The notes under the pieces: generated by a model
What the model was told of the DNA's origin: nothing
What the model saw: only the letters and a program-made list of their open reading frames with translations
The model's database searches: none
Shown: in pieces, positions 34,661-47,997 of the stretch
Layout of the letters: each line of letters begins with the position of its first letter
Position numbering within the stretch: position 1 is the first letter of the stretch
Assembly: GCF_044704955.1 (NCBI RefSeq)
Contig: NC_091999.1
Location: 38,192,001-38,256,000, forward strand
Direction: 5' to 3'
Length of the DNA: 64,000 bases
Source: Pristiophorus japonicus
Taxonomy: Eukaryota
Translations under genes and position numbers: made by a program

Positions 34661-35310
34661 CCCTGTGAGGAGGACACAAAAAATCTTCAAAAGGACATAC
34701 AGACTAAATTAGCGTGCAAACATTTGGTAGATGGAGTATAATGTTGGAAAGTGTGAGGTCATGTGCTTTGGCAGAAAAATTCAAAGAGCAAGTTATTAAC
34801 TAAATGGAGAAAAATTGCAAAGTTCTGCAGTACAGCGGGACCTGGAGGTACTTGTGCATGAAACACAAAAGGTTTGTATGCAGGTACAGCAAGTGCTCAG
34901 GAAGGCCAATTAAATCTTGGCCTTTATTGCAAAGGGGTTGGAGTATAAAAGCAGGGAAGTCTTGCTACAGTTATACAGGATATTGGTGTGGGCACACCTG
35001 AAATATTGCGTACGGTTTTGGTTTCCATATTTACGAAAGGATATTCTTGCTTTGGTGGCAGTTTCTTCTCGGAGGGTTGTAAATCTGTGGAATTCGCTGC
35101 CTCAGAGAGCTGTGGAAGCTGGGTCATTGAATAAATTTAAGACAGAGATAGACAGTTTATTAACCAATAAGGGAATAAGGGTTTATGGGGAGAGGGCAGC
35201 GAAGTGGTCCTGAGTTCATGATCGGATCAGCCATGATCGTGTTGGGTTATGAAGCAGGCTCCAGTATGGCCTACTCCTGCTCCTATTTCTTATGTTCATT
35301 TGTTCTTATG
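34661..35310 (+). mobile_element. CR1 3' piece resuming the 29441-31895 element; (TTCTTATG)n tail
   Basis: Resumes at CEEDTKNLQ, contiguous with the position interrupted at 31895. Internal deletion near 35060. Confidence 0.88.
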
Positions 35311-35774
35311 TTCGACACTGTCTCATCAGACACTTCCAGGGCAGGTACAGCAAGGGTTAGATATAGAGTAAAGCTCCCTCTACAATGTCCCATCAAACGC
35401 TAAACCTTGCCCATAATGAGCAGGGCTCAGGGAGGTTGGTTGCTAGGTACTGCAGTGATGTCATTAAGCTAGTTTGAACAGCTAATAGTTATTCCAAACT
35501 AACTTAGGCCAGCGTATCTGGCCACACAGAAAAACCTTGTGGGGAGTTGAGAAAGCATCAAGCACTAAACAAAGCAGTACATTTAAAGCACCAAGCACTA
35601 AACAAAGCACAAAAATAAACATTCAATAACAAATAAAAAATACAAGGAAGCTGAGATGACCTGCACCTAGCACCAAGATTTACAAAGCACGAAACAAAGC
35701 ACAAAAAGTAATGAGCAATTAATTAACAAATAAAAAATAGAAGGAATCCTGCATCTAAAGCACCGAGACCAAAA

Positions 35775-37345
35775 TAATTGATGGGACTGAAGGCCAATAA
35801 TTCCCCGGGGACTGATAGTCTGAATTCCAGAGTATTTAAGGAAGTGGCCCGAGAAATAGTGGATGCATTGGTGATCATTTTCCAACAGTCTATCGACTCT
35901 GGATCAGTTCCTATTGTCTGAAGGGTAGCCAATGTAACAGCACTTTTTAAAAAAGGAGGAAGAGAGAAAACGGGTAATTATAGACCGGTTAGCCTGATAT
36001 CAGTAGTGGGGAAAATGTTGTAATCAATTATTAAAGATGCATTTGGAAAGCAGTGACAGGATCGGTCCAAGTCAGCATGGATTTATGAAATGGAAATCAT
36101 GCTTGACAAACCTAGAATTTTTTGAGGATGTAACTGATAGCGTGGACAAGGGAGAACCAGTGGATGTGGTGTATCCAGACTTTCAAAAGGCTTTTTACAA
36201 TGTCCCACACAAGAAATTGTTGTGCAAAATTAAAGCACATTGTTTGGGGGGTAATGTACTGACATGGATAGAGAACTGGTTGGCAGACAGGAAGGAGAGA
36301 GTCGGGATAAACGGGTCCTTTTCAGAATGGCAGGCAGTAACTAGTGGAGTGCTGCAGGGCTCAGTGCTGGGAACCCAGCTATTTACAATATACATTAATG
36401 ATTTAGATGAAGGAATTGAGTGTAATATCTCCAAGTTTGCAGATGACACTAAGCTAAGTGGCGGTGTGAGCTGTGAGGAGGGCTAAGAGGCTGCAAGCTG
36501 ACTTGGACAGGTTCGGTGAGTGGGCAAACGCATGCCAGATGCAGTATAACGTGGATAAATGTGAGGTAATCCACTTTAGTGGAAAAACCACAAAGGCAGA
36601 ATATTATCTGAATGGCAGCAGATTAGGAAAAAGGGAGGTGCAACGAGACCTGGGTGTCAAGGTACATCAGTCATTGAAAGTTCGCATGCAGGCACAGCAG
36701 GCGGTGAAGAAGGCAAATGGTATGTTGCCCTTCAAAGCTCAGGGATTTGAGTATTGGAGCAGGGAGGTCTTACTGCAGTTGTACAGGGCCTGAGTGAGGC
36801 CTCACCTGGAATATTTGTTCAGTTTTGGTCTCCTAATCTGAGGAAGGACATTCTTGCTATTGAGGGATTGAAGCAAAGGTTCACCAGACTGTTTCCTGGG
36901 ATGGCAGGACTGACATATGAGGAGAGACTGGATCGACTGGGACTGTATTCACTGGAATTTAGAAGGATGAGAGAGGATCTCATAGAAACACATAAAATTA
37001 TTTCGGGACTGGACAGGTTAGATGCAGGAAGAATGTTCCCGATGTTGGGGAAGTCTAGAACCAGGGGACATAAGGGGTAAGCCATTTAGGACTGAGATGA
37101 GGAGAAACTTCTTCACTCAGAGAGTTGTTAACCTGTAGAATTCTCTACCGCAGAGAGTTGTTGATGACAGTTCATTGGATACATTCAAGAGGGAGTTAGA
37201 TATGGCCCTTACGGCTAAAGGGATCAAAGGGTATGGAGAGAAAGCAGGAAAGGGGTACTGAGGTGAATGATCAGCCATGATCTTATTGAATGGTGGTGCA
37301 GGCTCGAATGGCTGACTACTGCATCTATTTTCTATGTTTCAATGT
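35775..37345 (+). mobile_element. CR1 LINE 3' 1.6 kb
   Basis: ORF2 fragments at 36037-36486, 36473-36793 and 36754-37080, followed by a tail. Confidence 0.92.
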
Positions 37346-37609
37346 AATAAGCAATCAATCAATAACAAATAAAAAGGTCGGAGAATCGGTTCTTTCTCAG
37401 TGTTGATCTGCTCCTGGTGATATACCCTCAACCCCCTACTGACTGCAACTCAACTTGCATGTATGTGCAGTCAAAACTCAGAGAAAGCTCAGAATCTCTT
37501 TAGCGAACTTAAACTGGGGTCTCAAGAGATCTCTTACAACCCAGAGTGCGAAATGAAAAATGGACCACAATCAATCAATAAATGAATAGACACACAAAAA
37601 ATAGAAGTC

Positions 37610-37932
37610 CCACCTTCAGCGGGCCGCCGATGAGGGAGCCCATTAGGCCAGGGATAGGGGCAGCGCGCTTCGGGCCCGTCCCACACAGCCTGCAGAGCAC
37701 ACGCAGAGATTCTGGGGTCGAGGAGCTACTGCACATGCATGCATACTCTCGCGCGCATGTGCAGAGGTCCCGGCACTGTTTTCAGCACCGGGACCTGGCT
37801 GCGTTTCCATCGAGGCGAGGCTGGGGAGCGGCCAAACTCGGCCTGAAGATTTTTGGCGCCCTAATCGGTGTAGAAAAGCGGCTCACCTCTGGTCATTTCG
37901 ACAGAAATCTCTACTGGTCAAATTTGAGCCCC
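37610..37932. repeat. GC-rich interspersed repeat / MITE-like fragment
   Basis: Non-coding, with internal imperfect palindromes (ctgcacatgc...gcatgtgcag). Family not identified. Confidence 0.4.
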
Positions 37933-37987
37933 AAGAGTGGGACTGTTTCAAATTTACCAATTTAGCACTTTGTTCTCACCAATGTGC

Positions 37988-38259
37988 GCGGTCCCTTTAA
38001 ATCTGCTGCACCGTGTCCCTTCCAGCGGTGGGAGCTGGTGAGCGGTCCCTTTAAATCTGCTGCACGGGGTCTCTTCTCGCGGTGGGAGCTGGTGAGCGGT
38101 CCCTTTAAATCTGCTGCACGGTGTCTCTTCCAGCGGTGGGAGCTGGTGAGCGGTCCCTTTGAATCTGCTGCACGGTGTCTCTTCCAGTGGTGGGAGCTGG
38201 TGAGCGGTCCCTTTAAATCTGCTGCACAGTGTCTCTTCCAGCGGTGGGAGCTGGTGAGC
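37988..38259. repeat. 54-bp minisatellite, ~5 copies, within a probable MITE end
   Basis: Unit gcggtccctttaaatctgctgcacggtgtctcttccagcggtgggagctggtga at 54-bp spacing, followed by a TIR-like gggaacattg at ~38323. Confidence 0.9.
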
Positions 38260-39072
38260 ACCCTGCGCGCGACCCTGCGATTGATGCGTGACCGTGCGGC
38301 CGCCCACCTTCGGGGGAACATTGGTGGGCGGCCCTCAACAGCTCAGCAAAACTTGTTCAGTGGCCCTCCAGCCCAAATAATGCCCCACCCCTGCACTAAA
38401 CCATCTTTAACCGTCTTCTGCCTCCTGACGGAGCTGGAAAATCTTTTGTAATGATTACCATAATTGAGCACTCTCTTCTTTTCCAAAGATCTCTGAGCTT
38501 CTCTAATGGCTGCTTTTGTCTCCCTCATTTGGGGGTGATATTTCTCTCTATTCTTCAGTAAACTGAATTGATCTGGATCTGAACTGGGTTCAATGTGAAA
38601 TAGTTCAGGGAATCAGACATCATTTACCCCTCGTCCTACGCTGGACGGTTCCTTAGTAGAGAATCAGAGTGGTTACAGCACAGAAGGAGGCCATTTGGCC
38701 CATCAAGTCTGTGCCGGTTCTTTGCAAAAGCCCTTCAGCGAGTCCCACTCCCCCGCCCTTTCCCCGTAGCTCTGCAAATATTTTTCTTTCAGGTACCTAC
38801 ACAATTCCCTTTTGAAAACCGCGATTAAGTCTGCCTCCACCACCCTCTCGGGCAGTGCATATCAAATCCTAACGAGTAAGGATTCCACTGGTACCGCGCC
38901 ATATATTTGTCAGGATACCGAAACCCAGCTTTCTTACACTCCACTCCTGGAGGTCCCACTCCCTGAGCTCACACCCTTCAGCGGGGTCAGCGGAGTTCCA
39001 CAGTGGAATGAACATGGTTTAGTCCTGGATGTGATTAACAGCAGCAATAACAACAGAATCCAAACCCTGCAG

Positions 39073-40061
<989 letters not shown>

Positions 40062-40244
40062 CTGTACAATGAATATAAAACAAATAAAAGGGAGTGAGAG
40101 AGAACCCAGAAAAACAGAAAGGCTTGTTGTAAAATTGAGTTTAATAAATCGGGGAATTTGTGGGGCAGGCTCTAGAAAAATAGTCACCATGAAAGCTGTC
40201 GGATTGTCACTAAAATCCCAACTGGCGCACTAATGTCCTTCAGC

Positions 40245-40690
40245 GATCTGGGGATCGGGCGGGAGAGTCAAGTTGAGGTCGAAGATCAGCCATGGTCGTA
40301 TTGACCGGCGGAGAAGGCTCGAAGGACCATATGGCTGACTCCTGCTCCTAATTCTTATGTTCTGATGGAAGGGAACCTGCCAACAAACCTGTAGCACGGC
40401 TTTTACCACCCAGAAGGAAAAACGCAGCAGGTGAATGGGAACAGCATCATCTGCAAGTTCCCCTCCAAGACACACACCATCCGGACTTGGTCATATATCG
40501 CCGTTCCTTCATCGTCACTGGGTCAAAATCCTGGAACTGGCTCCCTAACAGCACTGTGGGAGTACCTTCACCACACGGACTACAGCGGTTCAAGTAGGTG
40601 ACTCCCCACCACCTTCTCCAGTGTAATTAGGGATGGCCAATAAATGCCGGCCTTGGCAGCGACGGCCACAGCCCGGAACAAATTGAAAAA
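40245..40690 (+). mobile_element. Two adjacent LINE 3'-tail fragments (CR1 tail, then a second CR1/L2-type tail)
   Basis: A TTCTTATG tail at ~40352, then a recalled shark LINE tail (tgcaagttcccctccaag...caataaatgc). Confidence 0.55.
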
Positions 40691-40784
40691 ACTGTATATG
40701 TTCAATGGATTAAAAGTCTCTCCAGAAATACTTGTTCCTCAAACACTTTTCCATTGTGTGGACAGGGTGTGTTTAACAATCTAA

Positions 40785-41310
40785 TCTCCCCCAGAGCCCA
40801 CCTCCCCGGGGGCCCAGAGCCCACCTCCCCGGGGGCCCCGCACGGGCTCAGAGCCCACCTCCCCGGGGGACCCGCACGGGCCCAGAGCCCACCACCCCGG
40901 GGGGCACGCTCGGGGAAAGGCCGGAGCCGCAGGTTGTTGTTCAGGGCCTGAGGCCCACAGCGGGTGTGTGTGAAGCGGATAATGCAGAGTGTTGTCTCTC
41001 GGGAAGAGCAGGGGCAGGGCTGGTGGACCGAGCGGGCGGTGGGTCCTCCAACCACTCGGAGCGTGCTAGGAGCGGTGCTGAGCCCGGATCTCCCGCACTG
41101 AGCATGTGCGAGCGGCGGCGGCGACAGTTGGTGGAGCCCGGATGATGTCTGTTGTCGGCACGGGGCAGGAATTGGAGCCGCGCGTGGAGCTGGTGAGCGT
41201 CATAAACACCTGGTGCAGGGCCCAGGGCCAATCACAGACCAGAGGCTGACCGCGGGACAAGCCCGCGGTGACAGGCCCGGGGTCAGCGGGGTCACCGGCC
41301 ACTAGCAGGG
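40785..41310. promoter_or_regulatory. CpG-rich island / probable (bidirectional) ZNF promoter
   Basis: High GC and CpG content, an NRF1-like ACTGAGCATGTGCG, and a ~65-bp block shared in inverted orientation with 46808-46870. Lies upstream of ZNF-A. Confidence 0.65.
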
Positions 41311-41769
41311 ATTTGGGAAGGAGGAGAAATGGGAGGCATTCTAAAGCAAATGGTGCAATTTGCAGGTGAACACAAAGCTGTGAGGAGGCAGGGTCCGCTG
41401 ATCAATCTGTTCCAGCATTAATAGCAGTACAGAGTACAACAAGCAAGTTATGGTCAACCTTTATCACTCACTAGTTAGACTCAGATATTGAGCGTTGGCC
41501 TCAATTCTGGGACATCAATAATAACTTTCAAAACCAGCAATGTTCAAAGGGAACAATTTCTGGTGTTTTGGGGCAGGTGCCGGGAGTGAGTCTTTCAGTG
41601 AGTCGGACAGGCTCGATGGGCCGAATGGCCTCATTCTGTGCCGTATGATTCCCTGAAATGGTGAGAGTCAGGGAGAGAGTGATCAGGGAGAGCCCATCAC
41701 CAAAACAGGGAGATATTACAGATATACAGGGAGGGTCAGAGTGTACAAAGAGGTGACGAGACCACAGAC

Positions 41770-41955
41770 ACCCAGAGACAGTAACTTCAGGGGAGGGGAA
41801 CCAGTGTGTGTAGAACTGCACCCAGCCAGAGTCAGCACCCTCAGGGGAGAGGAACCAGTGAGTGTAGAACTGAACCCAGCCAGAGTCAGTACCTTCAAGG
41901 GAGAGGAACCAGTGAGTGTAGAACTGAACAAAGGCAGAGTCAGTGCTTTCAGGGA
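41770..41955. repeat. 54-bp tandem repeat, ~3.5 copies
   Basis: cagagtcag...ggagaggaaccagtgagtgtagaactg repeated. Confidence 0.8.
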
Positions 41956-41959
41956 GGAG

Positions 41960-42445
41960 GCACGGAGGTTTAGGGAGGGAGTTCCGGAGCTTGGGGCCTC
42001 GGCAACAGAAGACAAGGCCACCAATGGTTGAGTGATTATAATCAGGGATGCTCAGGAGGGCTGTATTAGTGGAGCGCAGACATCTCTGGGGGTTGTGGGG
42101 CTGAAGGAGATTACAGAGATAGGAAGGGGCGAGACCATGGATGTATTTGTGAACAAGGATGAGAATTTTGAAATCGAAGCGTTGCTTAACCGGGAGCCAA
42201 TGTAGGTCAGTAAGCACAGGGGGTGATGGGTGAACGAGTAACTTGGTGCGAGTTAGGACAAGGGGAGCCGAGTTTTGGATGAGGTGAAGATTACGTGGGG
42301 TAGAATGTGGGAAGCCAGCCAGGAGTGTGTTGGAATAGTCAAGTCTAGAGGTAACCGAGGAATGGACGAGGGTTTCAGCAGAGGGTGAGCTGAGGCAGGG
42401 ATGGAGATGGCCGATATTCCACAGGTGGAAATAGGTGGTCTTGGT
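41960..42445 (-). mobile_element. L2-clade LINE 3' fragment
   Basis: YFHLWNI..LVHSSVTSRLDYSN.LL.G..LHWLPVKQR.DFKIL, a typical L2 ORF2 C-terminus. Confidence 0.8.
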
Positions 42446-42499
42446 TTTCTGAGGGTATGTGGTCACAGCATTCTGGATAAGATCATCCGCCATTTTCAT

Positions 42500-43070
42500 A
42501 GAATGAATGCGCAGGAGGCGATTCGGCCCATCGTGCCTGCGCTGGCTCTATGGTCAAGCTATCCAGTTAGTTCCACTCCCCTGCTCCTTCCCCATGGCTC
42601 TGCAAATATTGCCCCTTTAGTATATATCCAATTGACTTTTGAAAGCCACTATTGAGTCTGCTTAGACCACCCTATCAGGCAGTGTATTCCAGATTGCAAC
42701 AACTCGCTGTTTATTCAATGGTTCCTCATGTCGCCTCTGTTTATTTTGCCAATCACCTGAACTCTGTGTCTTCTGGTTACTGACCATTCTGCCACTGGAA
42801 TGTGTTTCTTCTTATTTTTCTATGAAAACCGTTCATGATTTTGAACACTCGATCAAATCTCCTCTTAACCTTTTCTGATCCAAGGAGAATTACCGCAGCT
42901 TCTCCAGTATCTCCACATAACTGAAGTCCCTCCGCATTCGTACCAGTCTAGTAAATCTCTTCTGGTCCCTCTCGAAGGTGTAGATACCCTTCTGAAAGTG
43001 TGGTGCCCAGAATTGAGCACAATGTGTCAGCTGAGGCCTAACCAGTGTTTTATAAAGGTTGAGCATAACT
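42500..43070 (-). mobile_element. Old CR1 3' fragment
   Basis: Degenerate similarity to the CR1 ORF2 end and 3' UTR. Confidence 0.65.
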
Positions 43071-44164
43071 AAACATCAAATGCTGCTATTTGTGTGATGG
43101 GGTTTAGACGGGCGAGGTTTATCCAGTCAGTTGGATGTGAGCTGAAACATGTGCACTTGGAGCAGGGAGCCAGGGACACGCTGTGTGACTGGGCACAGAT
43201 ATTCTGCACAGCCCACACATGACTTGTTTCCCACTTGACCCAGAAGGATGTATTAAATGCAACAATTCATTTGATTTGACTTTAAATAGTTTTGTTTATA
43301 AATTTAATTTTGCTTCTGTAATTTTATTTCCGAACTCAGATTCACGACCCCATTTTATTTCTCCCACTGAGCCCCTCAACTTAATCTGTCACTGTAATGT
43401 TGGCGAGTGGTGATTGATTGCCCTGGGAACCAACAGAAAGAGAGGTCAGAGGCCGGAGGGGAGAGGGAGCAGCGTGTTCTGCAATCATTCGCGGTGCTTG
43501 AGGGGTGGATCCTGAGTCGGCCTGTCAGGTGAATCTGTGTGAACCCCTGTTAAATTATTCACCTTTTAAAGTTAAATCGAGATTTCCTTTGTCAGCAAAA
43601 CAGTTTAACATTTGTCAGTATTTTGTTTTCCTGGAGTTCCTATTCTGAGTTTCAGACACTTCAGTGCCAAGTGAACCAGGTGTTTAAAGTTCATTCATTT
43701 CCCTCATGTCGCTGTTAGTTAAAATACAGAGATTGATTTCCGTTCATTATGCATCTTTTGTAAGTAAACAAAAATCCTTTCTGTTAGCAGTGAGTCACAT
43801 TCTGCACTGGGGGAGACGGCTGGTGGCTTCAGGCTTTAAAATTCTCATCCTCTTGTTCAAATCCCTCCAAGGCCTCACCTCTCCCTATCTCTGTAACCTC
43901 TTCCAGCCCTCCAATCCTCTGAATAAGGAGAAACAATTTTCAGTGTCAGAAAGTTGAGTAACCACAGGCACAGATTGAATGTGATTGGCAAATGAACCAG
44001 ATGCTACATGAGGGGACTAATGAAGCAGCGAGATGTTCTGGCCTCGAACGCACTGCCTGTTAGGGTGGTGGAAGCAAATTCACTTGTAACTTTCGAAAGA
44101 GCTAAACAAATTTTCAGCGTTATGGGACAAGAGTAGGACAGGAGTCCTCTGAGTGCATCTCGCT

Positions 44165-45825
44165 CGCTAACCGGTTTTCAGATCTGGATACTGATGAGGG
44201 CGATGATTTCTCTGGAGAAGCAGCCAGAGCCATGTCCACGACACCGTGGGTGGCTCAGCTGCACAGGGCGGGGAGGAAGAAGAGTGGAAGAGCAATAGTG
44301 GGAGTGGATTTGATAGGGGAACAAACAATTGCTTCTGCAGGCACAGACATGATTCCAGGATGGTGTTTTGCCTCCCTGGTGCACGGGTCAAGGATGTCAC
44401 TGAGTGGCTGCAGGACATTTTTGAGGGGGGAGGATGAACATCCAGAGGTTGTGGTCCATATCGGGACCAATGACATAGGTCGAAAGAGGGATGAGATCCT
44501 GCAGGCAGATTTTAGGGATCTAGGAAAGAGATTAAAAAACAGGACCTCAAAGGTAGTAATGTCGGGATTACTCCCTGTGCTCCGTGCTGGTGAGTACAGA
44601 AATAAGAGGATAGAGCAGATGAATGCATGGCTGGAGTTTGGTGCAGGAGGGAAAGCTTTAGATTCCTGAGGCATTGGGAGCGTTTCTGGGGGAGTAGGGA
44701 CCAGTACAAGCCGGACAGATTGCACCTCAACAGGACCGGACAATAGCCTCACTGGGGGTTTTGATAGTGTTTGGAAGGCAGACGAAACAAGGGCTAGAAA
44801 ATAGACAATAAGGGAGTTTGGCAGCGCTAAATGCCAGTGCCAGTGTGTTTCAATGAGATCACCTCTCATTCGTCTAAACTCCCGAGTGTATAGGCCCATT
44901 CTACACAAACTCTCATCATAAGACAAGTCTCTCATCACAGGAATCAATCTAGAAATACTTCAATGCCAATACAAGGAGTCTAGGGATTGAGGCAGATAAG
45001 CTGAGGGCACAGACAGACATGTGGGGGTATGATATTGTAACTATTAGTGAAACACGGCTAAAATAACTGCAGGAAAGGCAGCTCAACATTCCTGGTTACA
45101 GGGTTTTAAGACAAGACAGAGACAAGGATAAAAAAAAAGGAGGACGTATCGCAGAGTTGATTCAAGAAACAATTCCAGCTGTGGGGAGGGATGATATGTT
45201 CGAAGGATCATCAAATGAGGCCACATGGGAGAAGTGAGGAACAAGAAAGGGGCAATCACACTGCTGGGGATGTACTATAGACCCCCAAACAGTCAGAGGG
45301 AGACAGAAGAGCAAATATGTCGGCACATTTCTGATACGTGCCAAAATAATAGGGCAGTAATAGTCGGGGATTTCAACTACCCAAATATTAACTGGGATAG
45401 AATTAGTATGAAAGATATTGAAGTAGCAGAATTCTTAAAATGCATTCAGGAGAACTTTTTTAGCCATGACGTAGCAAGCCCAACAAGAGAGGGTGGTTCT
45501 GGACTTAGGTTTAATGAATGAAGCTTGGGCAGGTGGAAGGGGTATCAGTGGGAGAGCATTTTGGTGCTGGTGATCATAATTCAGTAGATTTAGGGTAGTT
45601 ATGGAAAAGGACAAAGATGGACCAGGAATAAAAGTTCTCAATTGGGGTAAAGCTAATTTTACTAAGCGGAGATGTGATTTAACCAAAGTGGACTGGAAAC
45701 AGCTACTTGAAGGAAAAATAGTGTCAGAGCAGTGGGAGGCATTCAAGGAGGAGATAGCGAGGGTTCAGAGCAAGTGTGTTCCCTTAAGATAAAGGGTGGG
45801 ACTAATAAATCTAGAGCCCTGAGAT
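44165..45825 (+). mobile_element. CR1 ORF1/endonuclease remnant with an embedded inverted CR1 piece (~44845-44950)
   Basis: VVVHIGTNDIG, YYRPPN and VGDFNYPNINW motifs. Confidence 0.8.
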
Positions 45826-45839
45826 GTCAATATTAGAAT

Positions 45840-46775
45840 ATCAGAGATAGGAGCAGGAGTAGGTCACACGGCCTCTCGAGCCTGCTCCGCCATTCAGTAA
45901 GATCATCACCCTCAACTCCACTTTCCCACCTGATCTCCATATCCCTTGATTCCCCGAGAGTCCAAAACTCTCTCTATCTCAGCCTTGAATAGACTGAGCA
46001 TCCACAGCCCTCTGGGGCAGAGAATTCCAAAGATTCACAAACCTCTGAGTGAAGAAATTTCTCATCTGACTTAAATGGCCTACCCCTTATCTTGAGCGAC
46101 CGAGTTCTAGTCACTCCAGCCCGGGGGAATCGAGCTCTCTGCATCTACCCTGTCAATACCCTTCAGAATCTTATATGTTTCAATGAGATCCCCTCTCATT
46201 CTTCTAAACTCCAGAGAGTATCGGTCCATTCTACACAATTTCTCATCGTAAGACAGCTCTCTCATCCCAGGAATCAATCTTGTGAACCTCCGTTGCACCA
46301 TCTCCAAGGCAAGTATATCTTTCCTTAGATTAGGAGACCGAAACTGCCCAGTACTCCAGGTGTGGTCTCACCAAGGCCCTGTACAATTGCAGCAATAGAT
46401 CCTTACTCTTATACTCCACCCCCTTACTGCTTGCTGTACCTGCATCTCGCTTTTTGTGTTTCTTGCACAAGGACACCCAAATCTCTCTCAACACCAACAT
46501 TTAAAGTTTCTCACCATTTGAAAGATATTCTGTTTTTCTATTCTTCCTGCCAAAGTGAATAAACTCACATTTCCCGACATTATACTCAATCTGCCACCTT
46601 ACTGCCCAGTCACATCGTCTATCTATATATCTTTGCACACTTGTGTTCTGCTCACAGCTTACTGTCTCACCGAACTTTGTATCGTCAGCAAATATTACAC
46701 TCGGTCCCATTATCTAGGTCATTAATATAGATTGTAAATAGCTGAGGCCCCTTCACTGATCCTTGCTGCACCCCA
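45840..46775 (-). mobile_element. CR1 3' fragment
   Basis: FADDTKFG and QRRFTRLIPG on the minus strand. Confidence 0.85.
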
Positions 46776-46784
46776 CGAGTTACA

Positions 46785-47020
46785 GCCTTCCGGAAGCCCC
46801 GCCCCTCACACACTCCGATAGGTTGGAGGACCAACCGCCCATTCGGTCCTCCAGCACCGCCCCGCTCTTCTTATTGGTGGGGACCTGCCGTCAATCACCC
46901 GGACAGTGTGAGCTGAGCATGTGCAGGCGGCGGTGGCAGACGCTGACGCAGGAGGTGAGCGAGATCCAGGGAGCGGGTTGAAGAAACGCTGGGGGCAACA
47001 ACACCGAGTGCAGCCCCGGG
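46785..47020 (+). promoter_or_regulatory. Probable promoter and non-coding exon 1 of ZNF-B
   Basis: ETS-like CCGGAAG, GC boxes (CCCCGCCCC), ATTGG (reverse CCAAT), NRF1-like CTGAGCATGTGC, and a splice donor AG|GTGAGC at 46955. Confidence 0.6.
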
Positions 47021-47023
47021 CCA

Positions 47024-47823
47024 GGATATAAACCGGGGAACATTCTCCCCACACCGGGGGGAGGGATATAAACCGGGGAACATTCTCCCCACACCGGGGG
47101 ATATAAACCGGGGAACATTCTCCCCACACCAGGGCGGGGGGGAGGGATATAAACCGGGGAACATTCTCCCCACACCGGTGGGGGGGATATAAACCGGGGA
47201 ACATTCTCCCCACACCGGGGGAGGGGGGGGATATAAGCCGGGGAACATTATCCCCACACCGGGGGGGCGATATAAACCGGGGAACATTCTCCCCACACCG
47301 GGGGAGGGGGGCGATATAAACCGGGCAACATTCTCCCCACACCGGGGGGGATATAAATCGGGGAACATTCTCCCCACACTGGAGGGGGATATAAACTGGG
47401 GAACATTCTCCCCACACCGGGGGGAGGGGGGGATATAAACCGGGGAACATTCTCCCCACACCGGGGGGGGGATATAAACCGGGGAACATTCTCGCCACAC
47501 CGGGGGGGGGATATAAACCGGGGAACATTCTCCCCACACCGGGGGGGGGTGATATAAACCGGGGAACATTCTCCCCACACCGGGGGGATATAACACGGGG
47601 AACATTCTCCAAATACCGGGGGGGGGTATATAAACCGGGGAACATTCTCCCCACACCGGGGGGGAGATATAAACCGGGGAACATTCTCCCCACACCGGGG
47701 AGAGGGGGGATATAAACCGGGGAACATTCTCCCCACACCGGGGGGGGAGGGGGATATAAACCAGGGAACATTCTCCCCACAGCGGGGCGGGGGGGGGATA
47801 AAAACCGGGGAACATTCTCCCCC
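47024..47823. repeat. G-rich minisatellite, 20 copies of ggatataaaccggggaacattctccccacacc(G)n
   Basis: Counted directly. Unit length is about 36-45 bp, varying with G-run length. Confidence 0.97.
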
Positions 47824-47997
47824 TGCCTGCCGGGTCCTGGGTCCGCTCCAGCCCGAAGGAATGGTCAGTGCATGCGCTGTGTCTGCGTCAAACTCTCAGG
47901 GAGCGTCTGTAAATCAACGAGAAATAGTAATGGACCAGGGAGCGTCTCTTAATGAAGGAGCAATGCTGACTGAGCAGGGAGCGTCTGTAAAGAATTC

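Noticed and set aside
37954-38451. Repetitive ORFs in several frames
   Set aside because: A consequence of a stop-free 54-bp (multiple of 3) unit.
41528-42499. 323-aa ORF as a host gene
   Set aside because: An L2 ORF2 fragment running into a 54-bp tandem repeat.
46806-47815. 300+ aa Pro-rich ORFs, or a CRISPR-like array
   Set aside because: These are minisatellite translations. The intervening parts are G homopolymers rather than unique spacers, there are no cas genes and the context is eukaryotic.
47024-47823. GGGGAACATTCTCCCC as NF-kB sites
   Set aside because: The spacing does not fit the 10-11 bp GGGRNNYYCC consensus.
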